Part shown: positions 1 to 11,617 of the stretch, piece by piece
How the letters are laid out: each line of letters opens with the position of its first letter
Numbering within the stretch: the stretch's first letter is position 1
From: Dicyema japonicum
Taxonomy: Eukaryota > Animalia > Dicyemida
Direction of reading: 5' to 3'
Length of the DNA stretch: 64,000 nt
Assembly: GCA_011109175.1 (NCBI GenBank)
Contig: RDEW01000035.1
Location: 263,564-327,563 of the forward strand
The notes under the pieces: model-generated
Database searches by the model: none
Told to the model about the DNA's origin: nothing
The model's input: the letters and a program-made list of their open reading frames with translations, nothing else
Position numbers and translations under genes: made by a program

Positions 1-1234
1 CATTGGTAGAATAAGCATTATTCAATTACGGATTGAGCCTAATGGATCTCGGAAATTAATTTCCATTTTCAACATCTACTTTCCGCATAGTTGTAGTGTA
101 TTGAAGGATCCGGAAGAGCTAGATATTTTCTAAAAGAATCCTTCAAACCGTTACGTAATTGGGTTCTTCCATACTTATTGCGAGTAATTGGAATTCCAAA
201 GGAGGGGCGTAAGGAATTTCCAGGGTCAGTATTGGCGTACATTTGATGCACCTTTGACCCACTTTTTTAACCATAGTTTCAAACGTTCTGCATGCCATGA
301 ATAACTTGGACTAGCTCCTGTCATCCTGATAAATATTAATAATCTGATCGACTAAATAATTTCTGCCGTAAAAGACATCTCTTTTATGCGACTCGAGATC
401 TTAGAGTAGACTAACAGTAAACAGTGACCACAAATTTGTCTCTACTAGATTTGCCTTGATTCACCTCAAGTTGGCGCATGTGAATAAAAATAATCCCATG
501 GTATCAAGGAAAAAAACACCTGCACATGCGGTAACGGTTTCAAGAGTCTGTATCTACATGGATCGGGAGAATAATGACGGACTTCTTTCCAACCAAAACA
601 TGGTTCACTACTGTGAACGGAATCCTACCTTCGGCTACAAACATATTTTAGAATCTATTTATCTCTTAATATAGTGAAGAAATCAAAAATTCTGAAATTT
701 AAAAAAGAGAAAATAATTAAAAAATATTGTTAATAATTTTTTAATAAAAAAATTAAAAAATAAAATTTAAAATTGAAAAAAAATCGTAACTTAACTTAAA
801 GTCCCTCGCTATGCCACTTCGATAGAGTAGAGCGAAAGGGTATGAGGATATACACTTGAAAATACAGAATCAATAACCGAGAAAAAATTATTAAAAATTC
901 CTTTATAACAAATTTCGTGAAATCAGCGATAGGATATGAACCTGGAGTGAAAGATCGAAAACAATGCTAGAAAAAAGCAGGAAAGTGACAGGTATATAGA
1001 TTCTCATGAACTCCTAGGGCTAACAGAATACACTCAAGAGGATGTAGAAAACCCTTTGATTTTTCGCCTCTTGTAACCTGGAAAATAAGGATTTTCTAAA
1101 TAAGATCATGAAGTAATAGTCACCTGTCTGTTTATTCCACATAAGAGGTTTTAGTTACCATTTTTGTCCATCAAATGCAAGAAAGACGCTACCACAATTT
1201 TTATCAACGTCAACCTATTCCATCGTATAGGATT

Positions 1235-1410
1235 CTATTGAACCTCTTCCTGAACAATATCCCAATAGTTCTCGCGTATGCTGAAGATTTAATTATTGCA
1301 TCGAGAGACCAGTATGTTCACACTGAGGTTGCCTAATATAAAATTTATTAGAACACCTGTCTAGTCGGCTAATTAATATGCAAGCCATGAAAAAATTGTT
1401 CACAGTGATA
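1235..1410 (+). pseudogene. APE-type LINE reverse transcriptase fragment
   Basis: Translates LLNLFLNNIPIVLAYAEDLIIASRDQYVHT, a YADD-like motif; closely resembles VLAYADEVILATRDQYIH at 51.6 kb. Confidence 0.55.
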
Positions 1411-1434
1411 TTCACCTCACTTATGTAGTTCTGT

Positions 1435-1822
1435 TTATTGCCATTCGTATTTTCTTAATAAAAAAATAATAGCGTTCCACCATATTCCGAAAACATAAAA
1501 AAATGTAAAATTAAAATCAAATAGGGATATCGTCAGAGGTTTCTCTTCTAAAAAACCCGAAATCTTTAAATCAACATAATTTAAACTATTTCCAATGAAA
1601 TAAAATTTCAAATCATTCCGGAAAATTTGAGCTTTAAATAATATAAAATGAGCGTGAATTTTGTAAATTTTACGAGGGACCGTGATAGAATGCATTTCAC
1701 AGTAACAATAATTTCCAACTTTTATATATTTCCGATTATTTGGATACCATAACCCAAAATACGTTTTATTCTACATAAAACCAATCTCCGATATATAATA
1801 TTCATTTTGAGTCAAATTGAAT
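1435..1822 (-). pseudogene. Possible degenerate host ORF with hydrophobic C-terminus
   Basis: The 86-aa ORF extends upstream through one TAG to about 130 codons; no TE motif and no recognisable domain. Confidence 0.2.
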
Positions 1823-2894
1823 ACAAAAAATATTTCAACTAAACTTTTTTTAGAAATAACTTAATTCTATCGCTTTCAAAATCAATTTTTGTAATTACAG
1901 TCTTTAATATCATTAGAATAGCTCATCTACACTTAAAGTTAACAATTTACGTTGTGAAGATTTTTGTAACTGAGATATTCCCACTTAATATAGCCTTGAG
2001 TATATTTTCGGAGACAAATACCAATTTTGAGAATATGGATCATTTGACAAAATAATTTTCGATTTTTTTTCATTTTTAATTTTTTTAAAAGAAAAATTTT
2101 TTTAACAATTAAATTTTCGATTTTTACCAATTTGAATAAATATTTCTTACTCAAAAATAATTATTAGATTAATGGACATACTTTTTGTTCGATTTGGAAA
2201 GTATGGAGAGTATCAAAACTACGACATGTAACTCTAAAATGTAATCTCCCTATTCAAGTATGTTTTCCACCTTCATTATAATAAATTATTATAAATATCT
2301 ATACAATAGAAAGTAATATTATAAACCAGGTCATTGCCCTCATTGGAAATTTATCATTCAAAACAGTTGAAAAAAAAAAAATAATGGAAAAACAAACAGT
2401 ATAACTGAATTGAAGCAACGTGGTTAACCCGATAAATACGTTTGTGGGCACGAGTAGTGTCGTGGTGCCTATTTAATAGCAGAAGTCTTCCAATATTGTA
2501 GAATATAAGAAACAGTCTTACCTATTATAATAAAGACAAAAAACCCCATTTTAGACTTAAACTCCAGTACTACTTTTCCAGTAACTCTAGAGACGTCGAT
2601 GGCGGGCCTTTCTTTGGAAATTTTTATACGGGCACCATCTCAGAATTTGTCGCAAAAAAGCACACACACATATAGATAAATGGTAAGACATACAGTTTAT
2701 TTCCGGCACTCCATAGCTTTTCAGAAAGTTTTTCTTGATGATTACGCTTTTGAAGTAGTGAAAAAATCACATGTGCACGTTAAAGGTGATACCCAGAATT
2801 TTCTGTTTGCAAGCTAAATGGAATTTTGATATTATCCATTTTAAGCTTCATCATTTGTCGCCTAATGCAGTGTTCTCAACGAGGGGCGATTCGA

Positions 2895-3235
2895 ATTTTA
2901 CTTGTCAGGAAATGACCAGATGGGATGAACATCTTCCCCTTTAAAGCCGGGAAACCTCTTGTCTGGGAAGTCACCTTCAACGACACGTTTGCCCCTTGCA
3001 ACCTCTACAGACTGCCTCTTAAACGGGCGGTCCTACCCTATGATTTTTTGTTTGTTCCACTAGCCATTGAGATGTCTAATTACTTTACGCTTGCAAAGAT
3101 GAAATTCTTGAATCGTCTAAGGAATCAGATTTCTACACAATCAGGAGATCCCCGTGAGCGCTGCTTAATATTTGAGTGAATCTCGCTCGCCATCATAAAA
3201 GGGAATAGCCACAAAGTCAAGGCTGTATGATTATT
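2895..3235 (+). mobile_element. CRE-like non-LTR retrotransposon, RLE C-terminal fragment
   Basis: K*PDGMNIFPFKAGKPLVWEVTFNDTFAP ... SGDPRERCLIFE*ISLAIIKGNS. Confidence 0.85.
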
Positions 3236-3372
3236 TGATCACTTTTTCTGTAATAAATTGTTAATATTTATTAAAAATAATTAAAAATATATTTTTTATG
3301 ACAAAAATATTTCAGTGTCAAATTATCGGTTAACCATAAATTAAATAAATTGTTATTCATTTATAGGTCATA

Positions 3373-3847
3373 ATGGTTTGGATTTGATATATTTATTTAG
3401 ATTTTCCTACTTTTTTCATCTCTCATTCTTTCAAATAATCCAATCGACTTGGAAATTTATTTTGGCAACAATGATGAACTCAACGGCTACAAGAAGGAAT
3501 CTTTTCCTGTTGATAATCAAATTATTGCAATTGAAAATGACAAAATATTTAACCCTGATGTTCTCAGACAATCAAAGGTGAAACAAGAATTCCACAAGGC
3601 CGTGTTATGGGTAATCTTGTTAAATCAAAGTTTAGTACGCAAAGAACAACTTTTACATAACATTTTTCATAGGGATCGGACATGTTCTAGTTCTAGTGGC
3701 CTCTTTAATTTCTTATGCTGCAAAATTCAGTAGATGGGTTGGTTTACGTTCGATATTTTAGCTATCAAGGAAAAACAAGACAGAAGACTGCGAAGAAATA
3801 AATGTATTGGGTTTGTTCAATTTTAGTTTATTGAGAAAGATATTTAA
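3373..3847 (+). CDS. Intact 125-aa predicted type I membrane protein; 5 exons join(3373-3375,3401-3610,3636-3737,3762-3803,3827-3847)
   Basis: Four phase-0 GT..TTAG introns of 25, 25, 24 and 23 nt. The spliced product has a signal-like N-terminus MIFLLFSSLILS, a TM segment FYITFFIGIGHVLVLVASLISYAA, a basic stop-transfer stretch and a TAA stop. Confidence 0.75.
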
Positions 3848-4379
3848 TTAGTTCATGGTGTCACAGTTTTTGTTATGGGTTTTGCCTAATTTTTGTCTAA
3901 TCGTGTAGTATTAAGTAGCTAACCGATCCTAAAAGTGTTCTGATTTGCTACTAAGCTAATATTTAGATTTGCTTCCATTTTCAAATCGGACTTTTATTCA
4001 ATAAATGATGTTTGTGAATTTTTCTGAGAGACTCAACACCTATTTTATCTGAAATTATTTATTTAGAGGGTAGAAACATGATTCCGTTGTTTTAACTAAT
4101 ACTCTATCTATGGCTCCGCAAACAGAATGTAGACTTCTCGAACAGTTAAGAGCCTGAAAGTGTAATCCAAGTCAATTCTCTCCAAAAATTATTTTTGTTT
4201 AACTACAATCTCTGTTTACTTGCAAGTAAGAGAAGTAATCTTTAAGTAATAAGCAGTTGACATATTTGTCATCAATATTAATAAAATAATAAAGAAAGTG
4301 CTCATTGATGGAATAAATTAACTGAATTCAACTTTGTCTTAGAAAGTTCACTTATTATTCTATTAACATTAAATTGTGG

Positions 4380-4572
4380 AAACCCCTCCTGCGGAGTGGG
4401 GGTGAGCAAATGATCCTTTTTCGTTCCGGCCTGGCACTTCGCCACCTGCAAATATGGACGTCTTTTACCCTTTATGTTGATTCCGGATAGACTCTTTTTG
4501 TGGAAGTGGAAACTGGATACACTTAATTAGTTGTTTACTTTAACTTCTTTCTCGGTGTATCCGGGGTTATCA
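4380..4572 (+). mobile_element. SINE family 2, 5'-truncated copy with inverted core module plus LINE-like tail
   Basis: 4380-4450 matches 53246-53320 in the same orientation, while 4460-4570 matches 53112-53232 as reverse complement. Confidence 0.55.
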
Positions 4573-4759
4573 TTTTATTTTTTATTAACATTAAATTATA
4601 TTAGTTAGTTAGATAAGTGACCCCAGTCTCACGAACTTGTAGGAGACCAACGGCTATTAAGTAAGACGCATCGTAGACGTATGTCCCTCGGGAAAGAGGA
4701 TTCCGATTGATCTGTCGATAGAGGAACCGGCTTAGTGTCAAAATGCGACTGAAAAACGC

Positions 4760-5900
4760 TGGTAACTTTGACGACAAAAATAACTTGTGGATCACCAGAT
4801 GATTTGCGCCCAATCACGTACATGTCTATATTATATAAATTACTCACTGTTAATTCCAATCTTACTGATTATTTGAAAACATTCGATCTCGTCTCTGACA
4901 ATCAGATGGGAGCGAAGAGGTGGTATCAAGGCGCCAAAGTGGTCTGTATCAACCAGTGTATAAACAATAAATATGAGAATAATTTTATTTGCAACTTGGA
5001 TCGACCTTAGGTAAGTATATGATTCAGTCGACCATGATTTTCTGTGTCATGTATTGGAATGTTCGGGACTTCCAAATTAAATAAGAAATTTCGTGAAGAG
5101 TTTAACTACCAAATGGAGAGTACTAAACTTAAACATGAAGAGGATTGGGACAGTTGTATCGAAACGTGGAATACTCCCCGAGACTATGTCTCCCCAACTT
5201 TTAGTTTCAGTCATGGATCCTTAAGCATAATTCTAAATAATAAATTTCCAAAATTGTCTATATCCCAAAGTTATTCATAATTGATGCCGCATACAACCAA
5301 TCACTTACTTTTTATTGATGATATAAAAATATTTACTGAGAAGGCAGATATAACGGTGAAGATAATAAATGAAATTGATGAGCATTTCAATGTGGTTGGG
5401 ATTAAGAAGAGTTTTGAGAAGACTGCCACTAATCTGGAATGTATGAAAGATGCAAAACCTCTGGATGGACATGAAGGCTATCAATACCTCGGATTGTTAG
5501 AGATCGTACAAGCAACATCATGAAGCATAATGTTTTGAGAACAATCGTGGAAAACGTAAAGAAGATTGTGAGATTGATGCATACTAAACTCAATACTACA
5601 AACCTATTTAAAGCGAACGTCTGGGTTGTGTCCTTTCTATTTGTCTTGACTGATTATCGCGTAAGGCTCTCCAGTCAAAGTCATACCTATTGTTCTAACT
5701 TGGGACGGAGTAGTTTCTAAGGCTCATGAATCTCACTTGAAAGCCATCGCAATAGATGCGCCGACCAGAACATACATCTAATCCGTGGTCCTTTAAAAAG
5801 ACGTTGGAGAGCATGTTAGTGGAATATAAGTACGGGTGCACAATTTCGAAGAAGAGTTGGTTACTGGTGGAGTTGACAGTTTAGTCTTGAGTAAGGTGGA
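4760..5900 (+). mobile_element. R4-like non-LTR retrotransposon RT region, degraded
   Basis: GSPDDLRPITYMSILYKLLT, NQMGAKRWYQGAK, TNHLLFIDDIKIF and GYQYLGLLE, interrupted by stops and frameshifts. Confidence 0.85.
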
Positions 5901-6039
5901 AACAGGTAGAATTCAGGTTACCTATTCCTCCTCTAAGAGGAGAGGGTTTCGAAGCGAGTAGTAATTTTCGATTTAATTGTGTTTTCCGTAAAAATAAATC
6001 TCCTTTTTGTCGAAACGATTATTGATCAGAAACCAAATA

Positions 6040-6083
6040 CAGTCGACCTTCGCAAATTGGCCAATCTTTAAATTGGCCACAGT
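6040..6083 (+). mobile_element. Solo pogo/Tigger-like terminus
   Basis: TA|CAGTCGACCTTCGCAAATTGGCCA followed by a repeated AAATTGGCCA; no partner end found. Confidence 0.3.
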
Positions 6084-6169
6084 TTTTAAATTAATTTTTA
6101 ATACAAAAAATTTTATTAACACATCGAATGCTACTCGTAGGCTCGCCTACTTTTAATGAAAAAACTCAA

Positions 6170-6500
6170 ATTAGTTTGTTAGTTAATGCACGTCCGCGTT
6201 GCTAGTAAACAGTGTTTATGGTTTCGCTTGTGCCATGTTTTTAACTATTCTTGCCGTTAGCCTTCTCCATCCCTTTCGTCTTGCTCGCCTCCTGATTTCG
6301 TCCAGATCGTCTGCACCCATCAAACGGCCTTCGATCACAGCATAATCATCTGCAAGTGTCCTGGGAAGACAAACTCTTGGACGTCCTCAGAGTGTAGAAA
6401 ATTCAGTATTCCCGAGAAATTCTTCCATGGGGCATTGCAGGGTGTGTCTTTAATGATCGCGACAATCTTCAGTGAGACGCCTTCATGCTTTAAATTAATA
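6170..6500 (-). mobile_element. RTE-clade LINE 3' fragment
   Basis: GRPRVCLPRTLADDY..MGADDLDEIRRRA and GWRRLTARIV, like the other RTE ends in the window. Confidence 0.6.
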
Positions 6501-6729
6501 TCAAAGATAATAATCAAATAGCGACCCAGTTAAATTATTGACAATAAGGAAGTGGTCAATTTATCTTGCAATCTCTTCTTCCATACGAAACATTATTTTC
6601 TTTTCTTTTACAAGGTAGAACATTTTTCTTTCTCTTTTAACTCAGTGGTCCTAAACCAATAATAATGATAACTTTGATTAAAAATTAATTATACAAAACA
6701 AAATAAATTTAAATAAAATTGGAACAAAA

Positions 6730-6970
6730 TACCACAAGGGTTATCTGAAGCAGTTGGTGGTAGATAGGAAGCTCCAGGCCTATCTACAGTCCACTGTGTT
6801 AAAGCGGATCCTAGAGAGCCTGACACTGGAGTATAGGAGGCAGAGCCCTGAGATGCCATATGGGCAGAGGGTTCAATTAGACAAGGAGCCCTAGGAATTG
6901 TTTCAGCAACCAGAATCGAACTTGCCTGAGGACTGGCGAACAGGCAGGCGAGGAAGGTTGTTGATTATTA
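6730..6970 (+). mobile_element. R4-like element 3' end
   Basis: HKGYLKQLVVDRKLQAYLQSTVLKRILESLTLEYRR, homologous to the 24.2 kb fragment. Confidence 0.7.
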
Positions 6971-7030
6971 AATATATTCATTTTTTTATTGTTTGTTAAA
7001 TAAAGTGGGATTATATTTATATTATAGAAC

Positions 7031-7284
7031 AAGTGGTTCTAGATGCTATACCCTATTATGAGCAGGGATATGACAATGTCCTCGTAAAAGAAGCTGTAGA
7101 CTAAATAATTATTTTGTAGGTATTAAATCTAATCGAGGAGGAAATGAAAACCTTTCCTCACACAAAAAACTACCTCGGAAAATTTCCCCCACTTGACTTC
7201 AGCTTATTTGAGGTTTGCCAAAAAGTCACGTGCGAGACTCAAATTCTAAAAAAAAGTGGAGAGGATCAAATCAGGTATTCCAAT
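7031..7284 (+). repeat. Unclassified ~250-bp dispersed repeat, copy 1
   Basis: Aligns along its length with 23039-23291. Confidence 0.8.
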
Positions 7285-8149
7285 GGAAACCCTTTCCACA
7301 AAATGATACGATTTCCCGAAATCGGCTCAAAGCAGACTTGAGGACCCGTCCGTCTTGGAGGAATGCGTGAACAACGCAATGGCCCAAACCAACCATCAAA
7401 GACTGAGGTTAGGGATTTTTAATACTCGTAGAATTCAAAAGTTAATATTATGAGGAAAAATGCTCAGATTGAGGCTGGAAATCATATTAAAAGTTTGGAG
7501 AATCAGTTTGGCCTTTGGTGGTTTTTTGTTGGATGAATCTTGTCAGGAAGAATTATGATTTTGAATAGATAAATGGAATATGGACAGAATAATTAATTTT
7601 TTAATAAATTTCGGTTTTTTTAATTTTTATTGATTCCTCGATGTTGGAATATTTTTGCTTGTATGAGCGGTCTAGAGCCACTTTTATAGCAACCAATGGG
7701 ATTTTTGGGGAAAGGTCCCTGAGGGGAAATGCTAATGACTCTAAAAGACATATATGGGCGCCCAATAATCTCAGCTGGTCTCTTGATAGCAACCGGGCTT
7801 ATATTAGTGGGCTCTTAGTAACTAACTATCTCTTGCTATAAAGAAAACATGTGCACATTAGTTGCGCGGGATTTTTTATGAAAATTTGCTATTTAGTGTA
7901 ATTACATGATTACGTCGATTTCACATTGGGCATATTCTTTATTAACTTATGATCCTCTCGTTGGTTGTAGAGCTCCATTGATAATCTTCAGTGAGACGTC
8001 TTCACGCTCTTTTCGAGGATTAGATTTTGCGTAGAGCATCTTGGTTTTCTGCTTCATCTAGTTTTATTTTTGAATTCCTTAGAAAATATATTAACCCTGA
8101 CATATCTGAATGATGAATGGAAAAAAAATTTTATTTATTTATTCAAAAC

Positions 8150-8500
8150 ATCATAACTGAATACCATTTCAGAAGACAAATTGGTTCTATCATCGTCTCT
8201 CCACTTTAGAATCAACCAATTCTTCTCTTCCAACATTCACTGAAGCAAAAATGAAATCTTTATCAAGACCTTGACCCGTGCTTTACTCAACTACCGTACT
8301 TTCAAGAGTTCTGTTCAACATAACTGATTGGATGCGAGTCCCCGTTTTTTTGTCGATATATAGTTTATCCATGTAATTCTTAAATCATTTTGAGAATACT
8401 CCGTCCCAGTTCATAATCAATCTTTATTCAGTGGTTGTAGAGAAGAGAGAACTGTCTTGCAAGAGGTTCATACTCTTGACACTTTTCTTTTCACTCACAG
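8150..8500 (-). mobile_element. R4-like element 3' fragment
   Basis: IMNWDGVFSK*FKNYMDKLYIDKK..IQSVMLNRTLES matches the 24.1-24.3 kb copy. Confidence 0.75.
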
Positions 8501-9069
8501 CCTGTTTATGACGATTCCGTAATTAATTCTCCATGTTGTCATTTTTTCAATCTTGCAAACGAAAAAATCAAATATCGTCGTATTAATACGTATCTCAACA
8601 TATTTTGTGATATTTAATTCTGACAAGATGACAGCATTTATTATAAAATAAATTCATTAATATTTTTATTATTAAGAACATTCAATACTTCAATGATAAT
8701 TACCCTCTTCAATCCCAAGGTATGAGGTTCTTACCAATTTTTCTAAAGTCTGGGTCAGACGAGAATTGAACCAAGACATTGATGCATAAGATGCTTCATC
8801 ATTTCGAAACTTCAGTTCTTTTTGGATTCTTACCACCCATTGTCAATTCAACCAAAATAGACTAGATCATCAATGTACTTACCCGAAATATGAGAAGACT
8901 CCGATCCCGCTTCAAGATCCCCGCCTGATCATCCTCCCTCTTGTTAGTCTGGGATAGTTTAGTTAGAAGGTATGTTTTTTCTCTTTTAACCCAGTTGTCT
9001 TGCGGCAATAATAAATAAATAATCACTACAGTCTACATAATTGCATCAAGAGATCAAAAGCTGAGTATA

Positions 9070-9700
9070 GACAGACTTCTAATTGAGGCACACCTCCGAA
9101 GTGGGGCATTTCTATTTTTGGAGAAACCCTGTTTTTGAGGGCTTATAAATTTTCTACAAAAAGATGACAAATCGATTAAATTTGACACCTCTTTTCAAGA
9201 CATTAATTTTTATTATATAAAATTAATTATGTGATTTTATTAAACAGATTTAAAAAATTAATATTTTAAAAGTCTCGTTGTGGCATAGTGGTTAGGTGTC
9301 GGGCTAAAAGTGACTTAGATTACGGGTTCGATTCTCGCTGCTGTTCACCTGGTGGAAGGTTCCACGCATCTACAATGCTAAAAAGGCTTGGACGAGTGAC
9401 TCCGTCATCAGTGGACTCTCACTGCGGAACTGAATAGTCAAAAAGGACCCACACACAAAAAAGAAAATAGAAGTGAGGATCATTACTTCGTTCTACGATT
9501 AGTTAAAATTAACTGTTATTTACTTAAATAAAGTGTGTCCTGCCTATGCGGAGCTAATACCACGGCTCCGTGAAAAAGGCTGTTATTATTAAGTCACGTT
9601 GTATTTCAAATTTTTTGTTGATTATAATGCCTATGAATCGTGAAACAAAATTATGATTACAGATTATCTCTCATAAAAGTAACCTTGTAAAGATCTGATT
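9070..9700. repeat. MITE-like repeat interrupted by a SINE; partial second copy at 12075-12180
   Basis: GACTTCTA.TTGAG..GTGGGGCATTT..TTGGAGAAAC and TATCTCTCATAA.AGTAACCTTGTAA are contiguous at 12.1 kb but separated at 9.1/9.66 kb, with the SINE in between. Confidence 0.5.
9272..9591 (+). mobile_element. tRNA-derived SINE family 1, copy 1
   Basis: A box TGGCATAGTGG (9281), B box GGTTCGATTCT (9325), ~320 bp, TTA tail; homologous to 17563-17875. Confidence 0.8.
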
Positions 9701-10559
9701 TTTTGTTTGTTCGTCCAGGACATATTTTTTGACTCTAGAAATCAACATGGTTATTTGCTTATCCAGTGAGGATAGTTCTCTTTGATGATCAATCTTCGAT
9801 CTCTTTAAGCGTCTCTTCTCTCACGAATGAGGTGGAGGATTTCACTATTAAAGCAAGGTTAGAGTCCCTGATGAAGCCTTTGAGGATAATTTCTTACTCA
9901 GCCTATAACATAGCAGAGTTGAAAAGGCCACGGCTTTTCTGAACTCGTGAATTTGTAAATTTGTGTGACTTATAACATCTTTACATGACTAAATGAAAAA
10001 ATCATGAAAAAAATAAACAGTCCCAATTTTAACGTAGAGTCTAGGTGGTCCAGATCAAGCAAAGAGCTCATGAACAATATTTAAGCCAGAGATGGATGAT
10101 TCTACAATGCAGACATGAAATTCAACTCTTTAAACCTTCTGGAGTAGCCGTTCTATAGAGGTAATCTCAGGTGGTATGTATTCTAGTATCTTGTTCATTT
10201 GAGGTTCGTATAAATAGCGAAGGCATAATGCCGTGTATATTGATAGTTCAGGTACAGTCTTTGTACGGAGATGTAATTTTCCAGAGAGATTTTTGGAGGT
10301 CAGTGAGGTTTATCTGATGCAGCGATCCGATTAATGGTAAATTAGGATTATTGGGTCTAGTATTGTTGGAGATATTGAATCTTTTGCATTTCAAGTTTAC
10401 CTAACAGTAAACTAAAGGTCATTTAAATTGATGTTACTTATGATATATTTACATTCCTAGAACTGTATTTTTAGATAAAAAAATATTAATTAATTCTTTA
10501 TTTTATTTAAAATATTAATTTCAATTTTATTTAAATAAAACAAATTGCTTCATAATTAG

Positions 10560-11617
10560 AACAATTGCAGTGAGATGTTCCAATTACTAGGTTTATAAAG
10601 TAAATTAAAAATAGGAAAATATACGTGTTTAGCAAGCAATAAATTATTGGGGAGGAATATTACTACTTTTGAAATGTTGTATAATAATGTAACTATGTGG
10701 GGTGCGACAAAGAACAACCACGTCGTAACGTTATTTAGTGGAACAATTGAAGTTGAATATAAATTGAAATACAGTAAATACATTAAATTAAATAAAAGAT
10801 GAAATATGAAAATTTAAATGACGCAATTTTTGATTTTTATTTACGTGAACATTTTGGTGCGCTTAAGTGGATGAAAAATGATATAAAATTCACATTACTA
10901 TTTTCCCGTATATCAAATTATATACATGTATGGGGATTAGAATTGAATTCTTTCATGGACTTATGTACACTACAATCCGAATTTCGACTAACGGCTATTA
11001 TAACTGCAGTGAACTAGTTATAACTATTCCTAATTATGGAACTATAAAAATAAAAGATATGAAAATGCAGCTATCAAAAACAGATAATAACACTAGGTTT
11101 ACTGGAAATGGTAACTTTATTAACCGACATTTAGCACTCGGATGTGATTTCAGAAAAAAAAAGAAAAAATATTTTAATATAATAATGACAAATACAACTC
11201 GAAGTTATACAACAACTCATCGTACTCTAAAAACAATAAAGTCTCATGCAATCAGTAATATTAATTTAAATTTAGAAAACAAATATATATTATCAATTTG
11301 TGTAATTGGTGTAATTATTGTTGCCATTGTTATCACTTACTTAATAAAATATAAAAGAAGAAGACGTTTTTTTCATTACAGATTGGGATTTTCAATTATT
11401 AATATTATTTTATATTAGATTATAATAATGACTTACAAATTTATTTTCGTTAATATTTAGTTCATAATTTAAGAAACTTGGACGCCTGGCTAAACTAAAA
11501 AGCCACGACGCACATGAAACCCGATAGCTTCTCCAGTTGATCACTATTACACTCAATCCCATAAATGTTGACCCAATTCCCATAAATGATGACCCAATTC
11601 GCATAAATGATGTCTAA
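10560..11617 (+). pseudogene. Host type I membrane protein gene with frameshifts; Ig-like motif and tentative LAMP-like domain
   Basis: A 24-nt intron (10591-10614) creates GKYTCLASNKLLG. TM segment YILSICVIGVIIVAIVITYLI is followed by KYKRRRR. Candidate 25-nt introns at 10774-10798 and 11449-11473. Confidence 0.45.
11558..11617 (+). repeat. 21-bp tandem repeat, about 3 copies
   Basis: Unit CCCATAAATGWTGACCCAATT; reads PINVDPI PINDDPI RINDV* on the + strand. Confidence 0.85.

Noticed and set aside
7341-7365. GACCCGTC..CTTG resembling LSU rRNA
   Set aside because: Match is only a few bases, with no flanking rRNA similarity.
8840-8900. Penelope- or LTR-type RT from a minus-strand YIDD motif
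   Set aside because: Isolated motif without other RT or GIY-YIG motifs.
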